Of a stretch of 64,000 nt of DNA, positions 43,020 through 59,130 are shown piece by piece. The translations under genes and the position numbers were made by a program. Source of the stretch: the human T2T-CHM13v2.0 reference genome, Homo sapiens; assembly GCF_009914755.1 (NCBI RefSeq), contig NC_060930.1; one strand, given 5' to 3'. Below the pieces are notes generated by a model. The model did not search any database. It was not told the DNA's origin and was given only the letters and a program-made list of their open reading frames with translations. Positions within the stretch are counted from its first letter, which is position 1. Each line of letters starts with the position of its first letter.

Positions 43020-43985
43020 TGTCTTTTTTTTTAATCTTTCCTAAATGGAATCACACTGTGAGTGTTCTGTGACTTGAAGTTTCACAAGACATTATATTTC
43101 TGAAATCCATTCATGTTGACACACTGTATTAGTTTGCTCCAGCTGCCATAACAAAATACCACAGACTAGGGGCTTAAACAACAGAAATTTACTTTCTCAC
43201 CAGTTCTGGAGGCTGAAGTTCGAGATCCAGGCATGGGCAGGATCAGTTTCTCCTGGGGCCTCTGTCCTCGGCTTGCAGATGGCATCTTCTCCCTGTGTCC
43301 CCACATGGTCCTCCCTCTGTGTGAGTCTGTGTCTTCATCTCCCCTTCTTATAAGGACACCAATCAGGTTGGATTAGGGGCCACCCTAAAGACCTCACTTT
43401 AACTCAATCACCTCTTTAAAGAACCCACCTCCAAATATAGTCCTGAGGTCCTGGGGGTTAGGACTTCAACAGAGGAATGCTGGGGAGACACAATTCAACC
43501 CATAGCATGCATATAATTGTAGTTTGTTAATTTTCACTACTCTATAGTATCCCATTTTATGAACAGACAAAAGTATATTATTTATTCTACCAACAATGGA
43601 TATTTTGGTTATTTCCAGTTTTTTGTTATTATAGATGATACTGCCACAAGCAACCTGGCTCCCATGAACATGTAGCATATATGCATCTCTATATTTACTG
43701 TTAATCCCAATTCTTTTACAAAGTGGTTGCACCAGTTTACACTCCCACCAGCAGCATATCGGAGTTACTCCACATTCTTACCAATATTTGGTATGGTCAG
43801 AATCCTTAACTTGCTAATCTCATGGTTGCAAAATAATATCTCTTTTGTGGCTTTAATTAGCCTTTCCCAGATTACCAATAAGGCAGTGAATCTTTTCATT
43901 TGTTTATGAAATGCTTTTTCATTTCCTCTGTCCATTTTTCCACTGGGTTGTTCACTCTGCCTTACTGATTTGTCAAAAGTCTTCG
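43020..43985 (-). mobile_element. Old L1ME, interrupted by MLT1A
   Basis: aaatggaatcacactg...ttgcaccagtttacactcccaccagcag. Confidence 0.75.
43126..43506 (-). mobile_element. MLT1A-type solo LTR
   Basis: tgtattagtttgctccagctgccataacaaaataccacagact...gacacaattcaacccatagca. Confidence 0.88.
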
Positions 43986-44142
43986 CATATTGCAGTTGCA
44001 ATTACTTTGATCACCTGTGGCTTGTCTTTTCAGATTCTCTTGCCAATTTTTGTCCACCTTGGCTCCTCTTCTTTTGCCCGTCTCTTGTTCGTGTCCCTCT
44101 TGGGTCCTGTTCTCTCCTTGTTCCACATGTGATCCCATGTCA

Positions 44143-44580
<438 letters not shown>

Positions 44581-44629
44581 TTACTGCTGTTCAGGGAATA
44601 CCATCTCCCATCCTGGCCCCTGCTCCTCC

Positions 44630-44875
44630 CTATACTCTGTATAGCTAACTCCTGTTAACCTGCAAGTCTCAGGTCTCAGCTGAAGGGACCTCTTTTAACC
44701 ATGCTCCCAGAGTGCCCTATAACTGTCACATCACAGCACTTAGCACACAGTATTGCCATTATCCTTTTACTCGGCTGTCTCTCCCACCAGACTGTAAGTC
44801 CCCATGACACTGTACATAGCAGCATGTCTGTACAAAACTGACATGCAATAAATCCTTGATGGTGAATTAATTAAT
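44630..44875 (+). mobile_element. L2 3' end
   Basis: ctgtctctcccaccagactgtaag...caataaatccttgatggtgaatt. Confidence 0.7.
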
Positions 44876-45599
44876 AATTCTTCATGGGTAAAAAATTAGG
44901 CTCACCAATAAAACACATGAGCACTCAAATCATTTGTACTATTAAAACATGTATGTAAATTCTACACATTAATCATCAAAACAATGTTAAAATAACCTCT
45001 GAACCCTGATCTCCCAAAATAAATGTATTATAAGTGTGTAAAACAACAGTTACGTTTCATCAATAGCCTCCCCTCAGCCAAGATCACACCCTCTGAAGGG
45101 AAGATCCCGGCAGAAGTTTCCACCATCCCCTAAGGATTCTATCATGGGCTCCTTCCCCTCCCCAACCCTGCCCATGCATACCACACATTTCCTCCAGAAG
45201 GAAATGGGAACTAGGAAGAATTGCCTAAACTGCTCACACCTGGGAAGCTGGGTGCTCCTGACCAAGGAGAAACTAAACAAATTAAAGTGATGACGATACT
45301 GCTCAGCAGTGATTCAGGAGCACGTTTTTCCTGAAGTCATTTGTTTGGCATTGCTACATGCCTAGTCAAAGTCAGAAACGTCAGTTTCCCACTGAATAAA
45401 CAGCCAGGTGGGAAAGAAAGGGTTGGCAATGGGGCATTTTAACAAATGAGCTGAACTTTTCCTTCAACTTTATTTTCTGGTAGAAATGTTGTAAGTTAAA
45501 CAGATTTACTATTTTGTTTTCCTTTCCTCTGAGATCAATTTTTCCAAGCAACTTTCTCTTAACTGGGTGTCAGTCAGTAACTTCTAAGTTCCTCTAGTG

Positions 45600-45775
45600 C
45601 AAGGTTTCTCAGCCTCAACACTATTCACATTTTGGGCCAGACAATTCTTTGTTGTGAAGTCCTGTCCTGTGAGTTGTAGGATGTTCAGCAGAATCTCTGG
45701 TCTCTACCAGTAGATGCTAGTAGCACTCCTCAAGTTGTGCCAACCAAAACTATCCCCAGACGGTATTTCTGGGAT
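45600..45775. mobile_element. MER20
   Basis: ggtttctcagcctcaacactattcacattttgggccagacaattctttgttgtg. Confidence 0.85.
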
Positions 45776-45817
45776 CGAGAGTCTAAAGAGATCTTTTGAT
45801 TTGCTGCCACTGGCAAC

Positions 45818-46218
45818 TGTTAAAAGAAAAATCTTAGACAAATGAAATTTAACAGAGTTTAATTGAGCAAAGAACAATTCACAAATCGGGCAGCCTTCCG
45901 AACCAAAGTAGGCTCAAAGGGACTCCAGCCCTGCAGTGCAGTCCAAGAAGATTTATGGACAGAAAAAGAAAGTGATGTACAGAAAATAGAAGTAGGCACA
46001 GAAATAGCCAGATGGGTTGCAGTTCCGCGTTTGCCTTATTTGAGGATGATTTGAATTGTTGGTCACCTCTGATTGGCTGAAACTTGGTTATTGACACAAA
46101 AGCAGGTTACAGTCTGTTTATGCATCCAGTTAGGTTACAGTTCACTATGTATGGAGAAACCTTTAGGCTGAACTTAAAATATGTAAGGAAACCACTTTAG
46201 GCTAAACTTAATTTAACA
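45818..46218 (-). mobile_element. MER57-family ERV1 LTR
   Basis: The reverse complement starts TGTTAAATTAAGTTTAGCCTAAAG and ends TTTTAACA. Confidence 0.8.
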
Positions 46219-46273
46219 CTATGATTATCTTGGCTTTAGCCCCCTCCTCAGATAAGGGGCCAATAAATAAACA

Positions 46274-48627
46274 CGGGTATACCTCAGAGATGCTGTCAGT
46301 TCGGTTCTAGACCACTACAATTAAGCAAATATCATAATAAAGTCAGTCACAGAAATTTTTTGGTTTTCCAGTGCATAAAAAAAGCTATGTTTACACTATA
46401 CTATTTTCTATTATGTGTGCAATAGCATTATGTCTAAAAAAGCAATGTACATACCTTAATTTAAAAATATTGCTAAAAAATGCTAATGATCTGGACCTTC
46501 AGCCAGTTGTGTTTTTGTCAGCAGAAGGTCTTGCCTCAATGTTGATGGCAGCTGAGTAATCAGGGTTGTGGTTGCTGAAGGGTGGGAAGGCTGTGGCAGT
46601 ATCTCAAAATAAGACAGCAATGAAGTTTGCCGCATCGGTTGACTCTTCCTTTCGTGAAAGATGTCTTTGTAGCATGAGATGCTGTTTGATAGCATTTCAC
46701 CCACAGTAGGACTTCTTTCAAAACTGGAGTCAATCCTCTCAAACCCTGCCACTGCTTTCTCAACTAAGTTGATGTAACATTCTAAATCCTGTGTTGTTAT
46801 GTGAATAACATTCATAGCATCTTCACCAGGCATAGATTCCACCTCAAGAAACCACTTTTTCTGATCATCCATAGAAGCAACTCCTCAGCTGTTCAGTGTT
46901 TATCATGAGATTGCAGCAATTCAGTCACATCTTAGACTCCACTTCTAATTTTTGTTCTCTTGCTATTTCTACCGCATCTGAAGTTACTTCCTCCACTGAA
47001 GTCTCAAACCCCTGAAAGTCAGCCATGAGGGTTGAAATCAACTTCTTTCAAACTTCTGTTAATGTTGAGATCTTTACCTCCTCTCATGAATCACGAATGT
47101 TCTTAATGGCTTCTAGAATGGTGAATCCTCCACAGAAGGTTTTCAGTTTACTTTGCCCACATCCATCAGTGGAACCAGTGCCACATCCATGGCACCTGTA
47201 GCCTTATGAAATGTATTTCTTAAATAATAAGACTTGAAAATGGAAAATACTCCTTGATCTACGGGCTGCAGAATGGATGTTATGTTAGGAGGCATGAAAA
47301 CATTATTCTCCTTGTACATCATCGGAGCTCTTAGGTGACCAGGTGCTTTGTCAATGAGCAGTAATATTTTGAAAGGAATTTTTTTAGCAGTGGGTCTCAA
47401 CACCGGGCTTAAAATATCCAGTAAAACATGCTGTAAACAGATGAGGGGTTATCTGGGCTTTGTTGCTCTATTTATAGAGCACAGGCAGAGTAGATTTAGC
47501 ATACTTCTTAAGGGCCTTAGGGTTTTCAGAATAGTAAATAAACATTTTCTTCAACTTAAGGTCACCAGCTGCATTATCCCCTAACAGGAGAGTCAGCCTG
47601 TCCTTGAAGCTTTGAAGCCAGGCATTGATTTCTCCTCTGTAGCTATAAAAGTCTTAGTTGGTGTCTTCTTCCAATACATGGCTGTTTCTTCTACATTGAA
47701 AATCTTCTATTTAATGTAGCCACCTTCATCAATTTTAGTTAAATCTGCTGGATAACTTGCTGCAGCTTCTCCATTAGCACTTGCTGCTTCACCTTGCCCT
47801 TTAAATTACAAATACGGCTTCTTTCCTTAGACCTCATGAACCAACCTCTGTTGCTTCAAACTTTTCTTCTGCAGCTTCCTCACCTCTCTTGGTCCTCAGA
47901 GAATTGAAGAGAGTTAGGGCCTTGCCCTGGATTAGGCTTTGGCACAGAGAAATGTGGTGACAGGTTTGATTTTCTATCCAGACCACTAGAACTTTCTCCA
48001 TATCAGCAATAAGGCTGTTCTGCTTTCTTATCATCTGTGTGTTCACTAGAGTAGCACTTTTAATTTCCTTCAAGAACTTTTTCTTTGCATTCACAAGTTG
48101 GCTAACTCTCGGGCACAAGAGCCTAGCTTTCAGCTATCTCAGCTTAATCATTTCTACCTTTTGATTTAAAATAAGAGACATGAAACTCTTCCTTTCACTT
48201 GAACACTTAGAGGCCACTGTAGGGTTATTAATTGGCCTAATTTCAACATCATTGTATCTCAGGGAATAGGAAGGCCCAAGAAAAGGGACAGTGGTGGGAG
48301 AACAGCAGGCTGGTGGAGGGGTCAGAACACACACAGCATTTGTGAATTACATTCATCATCTTCTATGGGCATAGTTCGTGGCCCCCCAAAACAATTACAA
48401 TGGTAACATTACAGATCACCAGAACAGATATTATAATGATGGAAAAGTTTGAAATGTTGTGAGAATTGCCAAACTATGACACAGAGACGCAAAGTGAGCA
48501 AAGGCTGCTGGAAAAATCATGCTGATAGACTTGCCCCACACAGGGTTGCCACAAAACTTCAATCTGTAAGAAACGTACTATCTGCAAAGTGCAATAAAGC
48601 AAAGCACAATGCAACCAGGTTTGGTTG
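46274..48627 (-). mobile_element. Tigger1 (pogo-family) DNA transposon, near full-length, transposase disrupted
   Basis: Degenerate TIRs at both ends. Minus-strand ORF pieces match the Tigger1/TIGD1 transposase: ASKCSSERKS..LNQK.EMIKL; [14 protein letters not shown]; [26 protein letters not shown]; FERIDSSFERS. Confidence 0.93.
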
Positions 48628-49338
48628 TGAACTCTTTAGCCCCTTCTCAGATGTCCAAGAGAAAAACAATAAATAATAATCCTTTTGTAGTTCATAAGCT
48701 GATGGTTGGGTTTTCATGCTCATGTGTGAGATGTGTTCCTTCATATCTGTCAACACACTACCGGGCTGTTGTGACAACAAATGAGTAAACAGGAGGCACA
48801 GGCCCATTGTATTGCATGTCTGGAAACAATTCTCTTCTTATAACACAGCTAGGGTTCATGTGTATCATTTCACAATCTCATTCAATAGTAGGTAGTGATT
48901 TCCAACAACAGAAAGTGCACATTTCCAAGCCACACAGTCAAGGACCTCCACAACCTGAGTTTCGAAACTTGGGGAGAATTGTGTTAAGTGAACAAAAAGG
49001 TTAGACATTTTAGGTGGAAAAAATCATACTGGCAAAGGTGTGGTGGTAAGCAGGAAAGGAAAATTCCACAGATGCATGGCCACCATGGCTGGAGAAGAGG
49101 GTTCCTACAGCATACAAAGATGTGGCTTTCCCATAGACTAGGTGCCATCTCTAGGGAATCACTCCCTCCTCTCCCCAACCCATGTGGTCATGCCTGCTTC
49201 TCAATTCCTGACAACTTGGGTTTCTACCACCTGTTAGCACTGCTAACTTACACTGCTTTGTATTGCTAATGATTTTTTCCTACGTGGTGTATCATCCCAG
49301 TTCAGTGGTAAATTTCCAAAAGACAGTGATACCATCTA

Positions 49339-49666
<328 letters not shown>

Positions 49667-51355
49667 TTAAGATCAACCTCTGGAATGAAAATGGCTGATT
49701 AACTTAGTTGTAAGTCACTTATGCTGATTAGCAGCAGATGAAACCTGCTATATTGATAGAGGTTTGTCAACATTACACAAAATTTAATTTAAAAACCATT
49801 CCATCAGTAGGATAATTTTAATAATCTGATGGTACTGAAGCCTTTGTCACACTAAATGATTTTTTTAAAGTTCTTTTTCTTATGTAGAAGATAGGATCAA
49901 GCAAACACCTGCAGCTGGTCACATGTGCATTACTATGTGACTCTACAGTGCCCCACTGAAGCCAATGTCACTTCCTCCAGGCCCCAGTCAGTCATCCTCC
50001 CACATTCCACAGTGCCTTTGTCCAGACCTGCTATGCTGTAATCTTGCAATAACCTTTGGAGTTGCCTCTTTTTATTCAATGAAGTCTGCTGTCAAGCAAG
50101 GAAAGCTGGTTGTAAATGCAGCATTCAGGGATGCAGGCCAAGTTCATCGCACTGAAGTCCTATCATTGTTAACAAAAACAAAATAATTGCTGCATGTTGA
50201 CATACCGCAAGCAAGGGAAGTAACTAAACTGACATCAGTGGAATGGGGTGGGAGGGCCATGAGATGAGACAATCTCTACATTGCATTAACAACCTCTGTG
50301 TCTGCATTTATTCCAGCACCTTCCTTTGAACTCATTATGGTCCTCTCCAGACAACCCTCTCATTATCTCAAGGTTGAACTACTTCTCCTGGAACAGTGTC
50401 TCTTCACAATTATGATGGCTCCAGACATTTGAGAGGGAGCCAGTTTCCCTTTAGAATACATTAGTGTCTTTCAAAAGTAAATAAATGTTTACTTTGTCAA
50501 GCAATTAATTAAAAACAGCAAAGTAGGTGAAAGAATGACAGAAAGAAAGAATAAGGAGGTGTTTTAAGGAAAATCCTGTTGGAAACTTTAGGTGGAGAAT
50601 GACACCCATTCTTTCATTCATTTGGTTTTATGCTGAAAGCAGACAAGGTATTTTACAATAAATGATATATGAATTCTAAAAATATTAAGGGAAGGGAAGC
50701 AAAACAGCAAGAGACAAGAGACAAGAAAAGAGACAAGACATGAAAAGGGTGCAAAAATTCTGTCAGAAAACCTAGGTAAAAGGAGCACAAATCTTAGCTC
50801 TGTGATCCCAATCAGGGACTACAGGGGGAGCTGACCAAGAGCCACAGGAGGGGTTCCTAGCCCTGGCTGTGCCTCGGACTCAAAGGGAGGGGGCATCTTC
50901 AAAGTCTGGTCATCTCACCCTACTCAAACGCACTGAATCAGAATCTCTAGGCCTTAGACCAAGACATCCGTCTAATGAAAGGAAGCACAAAAAACCATCA
51001 AGAGAAACAACCTTTAACTCCCAAAGGAATTTATGACATATGGTTTTCTTTTAAAGCCACTAGACAAGGAAATGGACCGCAGTCAATAACAGATAAAGAA
51101 CACCTTCAGAGATGTTTGTCACAGGGCTGTTTCTCACACCAACCCTCAATAAAGGCTGAGGACATAAAGGGTACCTTAAGCCTTGGAAAGAACTTTCTCC
51201 TCTGCAGCCAGCCTTGTGCTCATCTCATCAGAGCAAGCATAAGGACTAGACTAGGGGATGTTGGATGGCACGTGCTTTGGGCTTCTTCGCCTAGGCTTGT
51301 GGTGAGACCCAAATGAGTAAGGTCATGCACATAGCAGGTATCCAGTAAACATTAG

Positions 51356-52236
<881 letters not shown>

Positions 52237-52419
52237 TCATCTCTTTTCAAGTTTGTTATTCAAGAGAGTGTAAAGGTTGAGAGTTAAAACCATACAGATG
52301 TCATAAACTGCTGCCCAGACAGTAAGTGACAGTAAGCTCACACTTGCCACCAGGGCGGTAGCCAGCTTCTGATCACTCGTGAAATAAAAGCCAAAGGGCA
52401 TCCCACGGGCAGGTTTCAT

Positions 52420-52800
52420 TTGCTGAGGGTGTGAGGAATTGGCTCTATGGCTTTTATATAGACTCACAGGTACCAGTCAGTAGCAGAGGGCGCCTGTAGC
52501 CAGGACCAACACTTCAAAGTGTCCTCCTTGGTAGAGGCAGTGCCATTCTGGAGAATGAGGACATCTTTAGGACCTTAGGTGAGGTCTGAAAGCCCTGGAC
52601 ACTGCGGGACGCTAGGCAGCCAGGCACCCTTGGAACCGAAGCCGCCTGGGGAGGCAGGAAGCCGCAGCTCGTGCTGCTGTTGACGCCAAAGCAGCCTGTC
52701 CCCACCCCCTCTCGCTCCCGGGAGAACCGGGCAGAGGGAAAACCTGGAGAGATGGAGCTGGAGTTGAGGAAGGGAGCTTTGGCTAGACCCCGGATGGGCA
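52420..52800 (-). promoter_or_regulatory. Candidate promoter/CTCF-like element, CpG-enriched
   Basis: TATAAAAG on the minus strand (52451-52458); partial CTCF motif GTAGCAGAGGGCGC at 52480-52493; ETS CAGGAAG; cluster of CpGs. Confidence 0.35.
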
Positions 52801-53764
52801 GGAAGGGGAGAGAGAGAGAGAGACTAAAATTGAGTGCAGCATTGGTTTTAGAAATAACTTTAGGAATAACTGAAAACGCAAAGCTTGAATGTCATCTTGG
52901 GGTGTGAGATAGCAGCCACAGTCCCTTTTTAACTCTGCTTATAAATATGTTTAACTAAAATGGCTTTGACTACAGTAATGCCCACAGCCGGTCACAGGTC
53001 ATAGCTGGAAAGACCAGCAGTGAAATCTCTTCTTTAAAGCCAACACATTTTCTCTGTTCCTAAAATGTTTTGCCTACCAAGCCCAGGGAGCCCCACAGAA
53101 CACACCTCCTACGTGGAAACCAGATGCAAATTCTATGGTACAAGTGGTTCATCGGTACCTTTGGAAATCCTAGAACTAGAGACCTGTCAGCGGGATGTCA
53201 ATCCTCAGGGAGATCTCAGAGCATTTCACTAGAAGCCGGTGTGGGGCAAGTCATGTCAAACATTTCTGATAAGGCTGTGATTTCTGTAAGGCTTGTTTTT
53301 TACATAAACATTTTTAAATCATATTTTTTCAGATAATAAAAGCAGTATATGCTTTCTATTTTTTAAAAAAGCACTAAAAACAATAAATAAATTAGATCAA
53401 TGCACCCCTACCATGATCCCAATCCTTAGAGATAACCACTGTCAACTGTTTGATATGTACTTATCCACATTTTTCTCTGCATATATGCTATCTTACAAAA
53501 GCAGGATTTATATCTATGTACTCAGATTCTTAGTGACTCACATTACTAGGAAGGTGATCTTCAAAAGTAAATTAATTTTTAAAGTAATTTCAGTTTAACT
53601 TTGATGTTCACATATGAACGTGTCACTTTTTTAACTGAGCATTTCACTAGGAGAACTCAATATCATCATTTGATAGTGAGGCAGTATTGCGGTTCTCATA
53701 CAAAAGATAGCAGGCAGTAATTATCAAATAATCTTAGTTATTTGTATAGTTAACAAAAATGATC

Positions 53765-53940
53765 TAATATTAAGCAATTATTGAGTCCATACTAACTTCT
53801 AGGTACTGTCATAAGCATTTTACTTACGTTAACTCTGAAGAACAACCTTATGAGAAAGGTAGTAATATCCTTTTTCAGGTGGAGAAAAAGAGGCTCAGAT
53901 AAATTAAATAATGTTCCCAAGGTCACACAGCAAGTAATTG
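53765..53940 (-). mobile_element. MIR
   Basis: ttattgagtccatact...caggtggagaaaaagaggctcaga...cccaaggtcacacagc. Confidence 0.8.
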
Positions 53941-56900
53941 CTGCACAGATATTGAAATGTATTCAAAGCAACATCAATATATGTTCTATCCTGCTACCAA
54001 CTGTTCAAGTCATCAGGTTATAGTTATGAAAACAAGCAGATAAATAAATCAACATGTTTAAAATTGTTTTGTGATTCAACTATGTATATTATGGAGTTCT
54101 TAGTGACAGTGATGAGTTTGTAGTCCATCCCCAGGTACTTACCACCAGTGTGACCCTCAGCAGATCTTTTAGCTGAAACACAGCTACAAACTGAAGATGC
54201 TGTCTATAATAACACTGGGCTCACGGAGCTAAAGTGAGGTTTAAAGAAGGCAATGTATATGAAATCTCCTTGAAAACTGTAAAGAACTATCTAATATGAT
54301 GTTAAGGACATATTTATGTGGCAATTCCTCATTCAATTACAACAGGCTTTATAACTTCACATTTATAATAATTCCATCAGAATACAACAAATGCAGAATT
54401 TTTTTAACTAACTGAAAATAAAAGGCGGCTTTCCACACTACTCAAAGTCACGGCATATTCCCCGAGATCATGTCTGTAACCTCTCCCAGGCTCGGAAAAC
54501 CTTGTTTTCCAGCCATACTTTTTCCCATTCTGATACTGAAGTGTTAGATTAATTTTTATTTTATCAACATAATAACACTCATATATTTTGTCAAATACTC
54601 AATACAAAAAAAAAAAGTTTCTGACCTAACTCCCCAATTTTCTTGCTGAATACTACCATTTTCCTTTCCTTCCTCTCTTTCTTCCAGTATTTACGTTCAC
54701 ATTTCAAAATGATACGTTTATTCTGCAACTTGTTGATTAATCTATTTTAGTGTATTATTGACTTCCTATTAGAAAGATAAGGATATTGTTTTCATAAACT
54801 ACTTCTCCTCCTCCATTTTCCTCATACTCCAAAATGGGGTTACATCATAATCATGAGTCATGTGTTCCTGAGTCGGTATTAACATTGTTATGGTTATCTA
54901 ATATTGTTTACCACTGAGACAAAGGGTAAACTATCACTACTATTTCCTCTCCTGTAAAAAGAAACCAAAAATGGCAAACAATAGAGATAACCAATGAAAC
55001 CAAAGGCTGGCTCTTTGAGAAGATTAATAAAATCACAAAGACTCTAGACTGAGCAAGAAGACACAAATTACCAAAATCAGGAATGAAAGAGAGAACATCA
55101 TCACAGATCCTACAAATATTAAAAGAACGATATAGGGAAGAATATACACACGTATATGCCAATGAATTTGAAAAATTGCATAAGTGGTCACATTGCTCAA
55201 AAGATACAGATTACCAAAACTGGCACAAGCAGAAATATAAAATATGATAAGGCTTTATATCTATTAAACAAATTCAATTGTAATTTAAAATCTTCTCACA
55301 ATTATAAATCCAGGTCTTGATGGCTTCTCTTATGAATTCTAACAAATACCTAAGTAAGAAATAATACCTATCCTATACAAATATTTTTATAAAATAGGAA
55401 TCAAGGAACATTTCCCATCCATTTTATGAGGCCAGTATTGCCCTGATACTAAAAACAAAGACATTAAAAGAAAATAAAACTATAGCTAATATTCTTCATG
55501 AACATAAAGGCAAAAATTCTTAATAAAATATGAGCAAAACAAATCAAACAATATTTTAAAAGGATAATATATCATGATCAAGTGGGATTTATCTCAGGAA
55601 TTTAAGATTAGTTTAACATTTGAAAATTAATCAATGTAATTCATCATATTAATAAAATAAAAGTAAAACCCTATGATCATCTCAATAGACACAGAAAAAG
55701 CATTTGGCAAAATTTAACATTCATTCATGATAAAAACTCTCAGCAAAAATGAACTTTCTCAATCTGATTTTTTTTTAAATCTATGAAAAACCTACAGCTA
55801 ACATCACACTTAATGGTGAAAGACAGGACATTTCCCCCGAGATGAGGAACAGAGCAAGGATAGTCACTCTCAACTACTCCTATTCAACATTGTACTAGAA
55901 GGCACAGCCAGTGCAAATAAAGTCATCCAAATTGGAAAAGAAGAAAAACTATTTATTTGTAGACATGATTGTCTATATAGAAAATCTTAAGAGAAATATG
56001 AAAAAGCTACTAGAATTACTAAAACTAATAAGAAGGCTTAGCAAAGTTGCAAGATACTGTTAATATTTAAATATCAACAGTATTTCCAAACAATTGGAAA
56101 ATAAAAAAAAAATTTTAACTTCACATTTACAACACGCACACACAAAAATTAAATACCTGAAATACCTAATGATAAGCTTAACAAAATATAATCAAGATGT
56201 GTATGCTGAAAAGCATGAAACATAGCAGAGAGATATAAAAAGACTCAAATAAATGGAGAAATAAATAATATTCATGGATAAGAAGACTCAATAGTTATAA
56301 AATGTCAGTTATTTCCAAACTGATCTTTAGACTCAAAAAAGGAATTTTTTTGTAGAAATTGACAAACTGATTCTAAAGTTTATATGAAAATTTAAAGCAT
56401 CTAGAATAGTGCAATTTTGGAAAAGAAAAAAGTCTGAGGATTTAACACTACCTGATTTTAAATCTTACTAAACTGCTACAATAATCAAGGTAATGAGCTA
56501 TTGGTATATAGACAGACACATGGATCAAAAAAACTGATTAGGGAGTCTAGAAGTGGACTCACATGTACATGCCCAACTAATTTTCAACCAAAGTGACAAG
56601 GTAAGCCAATGGCTCAAAGACAGTATTTTCAAATAAATTGTGCTGGAACAATCAGATATCCTATGACCCTTACCTCAAACCATACACAAATGTTAACCCA
56701 TAGACTTAAATGTAAAAGATAACACTATAAAACATCCAGAAGAAAACATATCCAATCTCAATCTAACAAATATCTCACATACAGAACATAACAACCACTA
56801 ACCATAAAAGAAAGTATTAATATGTGGAACTTTATCAAAATTAAAACCACTATTCTTCTGAAGACAATGTTTACAAAAAAAGGCAAACCACAGAATGGGA

Positions 56901-57581
56901 GAAAATATTTGAAAATGTACATTTGAGAAAAAAATTGTATCCAGATTACGTAACAACTATTACATTCATTGTTATATTCAACAATATAAACAACCCATTT
57001 TTTTAATAGGGGAAAGACTTGAATAAACACTTCAAAAAAGAAGATATACAAAAGTTTACAAGCAAATGAAAAGATATTCAACACATTATTCCAAAAAAAG
57101 TAATTTAAAAATACCATGAGATATCACAACATATGCATTAAATTAGCTAAAATTTAAAAAACCTGATAATCCCAAGTGTTGACAAGCAATGGAGCAACTG
57201 GAACTCTCATATATTTTGATATGCATGTAAAATGGTACAACCATTTTGGAAAGAAGCTTGGCAGTTTCTTATAAAGTTAATCTTATATTTACTATATGAC
57301 CTAACAATTCCATTCCTATCCATTTATTTAAAGGAAATGAAAATGTATGTTCACATAAAGTCATAGACACAAATGTTCATAGCAGCTTTATCATTAATCG
57401 CCCCAAACTGGAAAGAACCCACCCAAGTTTCCTTCAATAGATGAATGGATAAACTATGATACAGTCATAGAGTGGAACAATATATAGCAGTAAAAAAGAA
57501 TATATGACTGGTATATGCACCAACATGGATGAATCTCAAGAACATTATGCTGAATAAAAGAGATCACGCTCAAAAGACTAT

Positions 57582-57897
57582 AGTTATGTAGTCCGTGGGG
57601 AATGGATCCGGGACCTTACTTGCATACCAAAATCCTCTGATGCTCAAGTCCCAGATATAAAATGGCATAGTATTTACCCACATCCCCCCATATCCTTTAA
57701 ATCATCTCTAGATTACATATAATACCTAGTGCAGTGTAAACAAAAATCATTGTCATAGTGTATTGTTTAGGGAATAATGGCAAGAAAAAATAAGTCTATA
57801 CATGTTCAGTACAGACACAATGTTTTTGCCCAAATATTTTTGATCCATGGTTGGCTGAATCCATAGATTTAGAACTCATGGATACAGAGGGCTGATT
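57582..57897. mobile_element. MER2 (Tigger-family)
   Basis: ataccaaaatcc..gatgctcaagtccc..atataaaatggcatagtattt...catggatacagagggctga. Confidence 0.85.
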
Positions 57898-58101
57898 TAT
57901 TTATATGACTCTATTTATATTAACTTCTAGAAAAAGTAAAACTATAGTGGTGGAAAGCGGATCAGTGGTAGTCAGGGTTCAGGAAGTAAATGAAAGGATA
58001 ATTAATCCCCTTGAAAAGGAGTCCAAGAAATTTTCTCGGGTGATAGCAGCATTCTGTATCATAATTGTAGTGGTGGATACATGATTGTATATTTTCAAAA
58101 C

Positions 58102-58321
58102 TAGGGATTCTCAGCCTTGGCACTGCTGATGTTCTGGGCAGCATAGTTCTTTGTTGCAGGACTTTACTGTGCACTGCAGGATGTTCAGCAGTGGCCCTGG
58201 CCTCTATCCAACACGAGGATCACACTCACACCCCCTCCCAAGTTGTGACCACCAAAATTGTCTGTAGACATTACGAAACATCTCCTGGAGGAGTGAAATC
58301 ACTTCTGGTTGAGAACCACTA
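58102..58321. mobile_element. MER20 with 8-bp TSD
   Basis: ttctcagccttggcactgctga...ggttgagaaccact; TSD ttcaaaac/gtcaaaac. Confidence 0.9.
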
Positions 58322-58340
58322 GTCAAAACTCATCAAATAG

Positions 58341-58437
58341 ACTGGGCACAGTTGCTCACATCTATAATCCCAACACTGGGAGGCTGAAGCAGATGGATCG
58401 CCTGAGCCTAGGAGTTTGAGACCAGCCTGGGTAACAT
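58341..58437 (+). mobile_element. Alu left monomer (FLAM/AluJ-like)
   Basis: actgggcacagttgctcac...gagaccagcctgggtaacat. Confidence 0.85.
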
Positions 58438-58497
58438 TAAATTAAATTTAACAAAATAGAATTAAATTTTATTTTTAAAATTCAAATTAAAAAAAAA

Positions 58498-59130
<633 letters not shown>

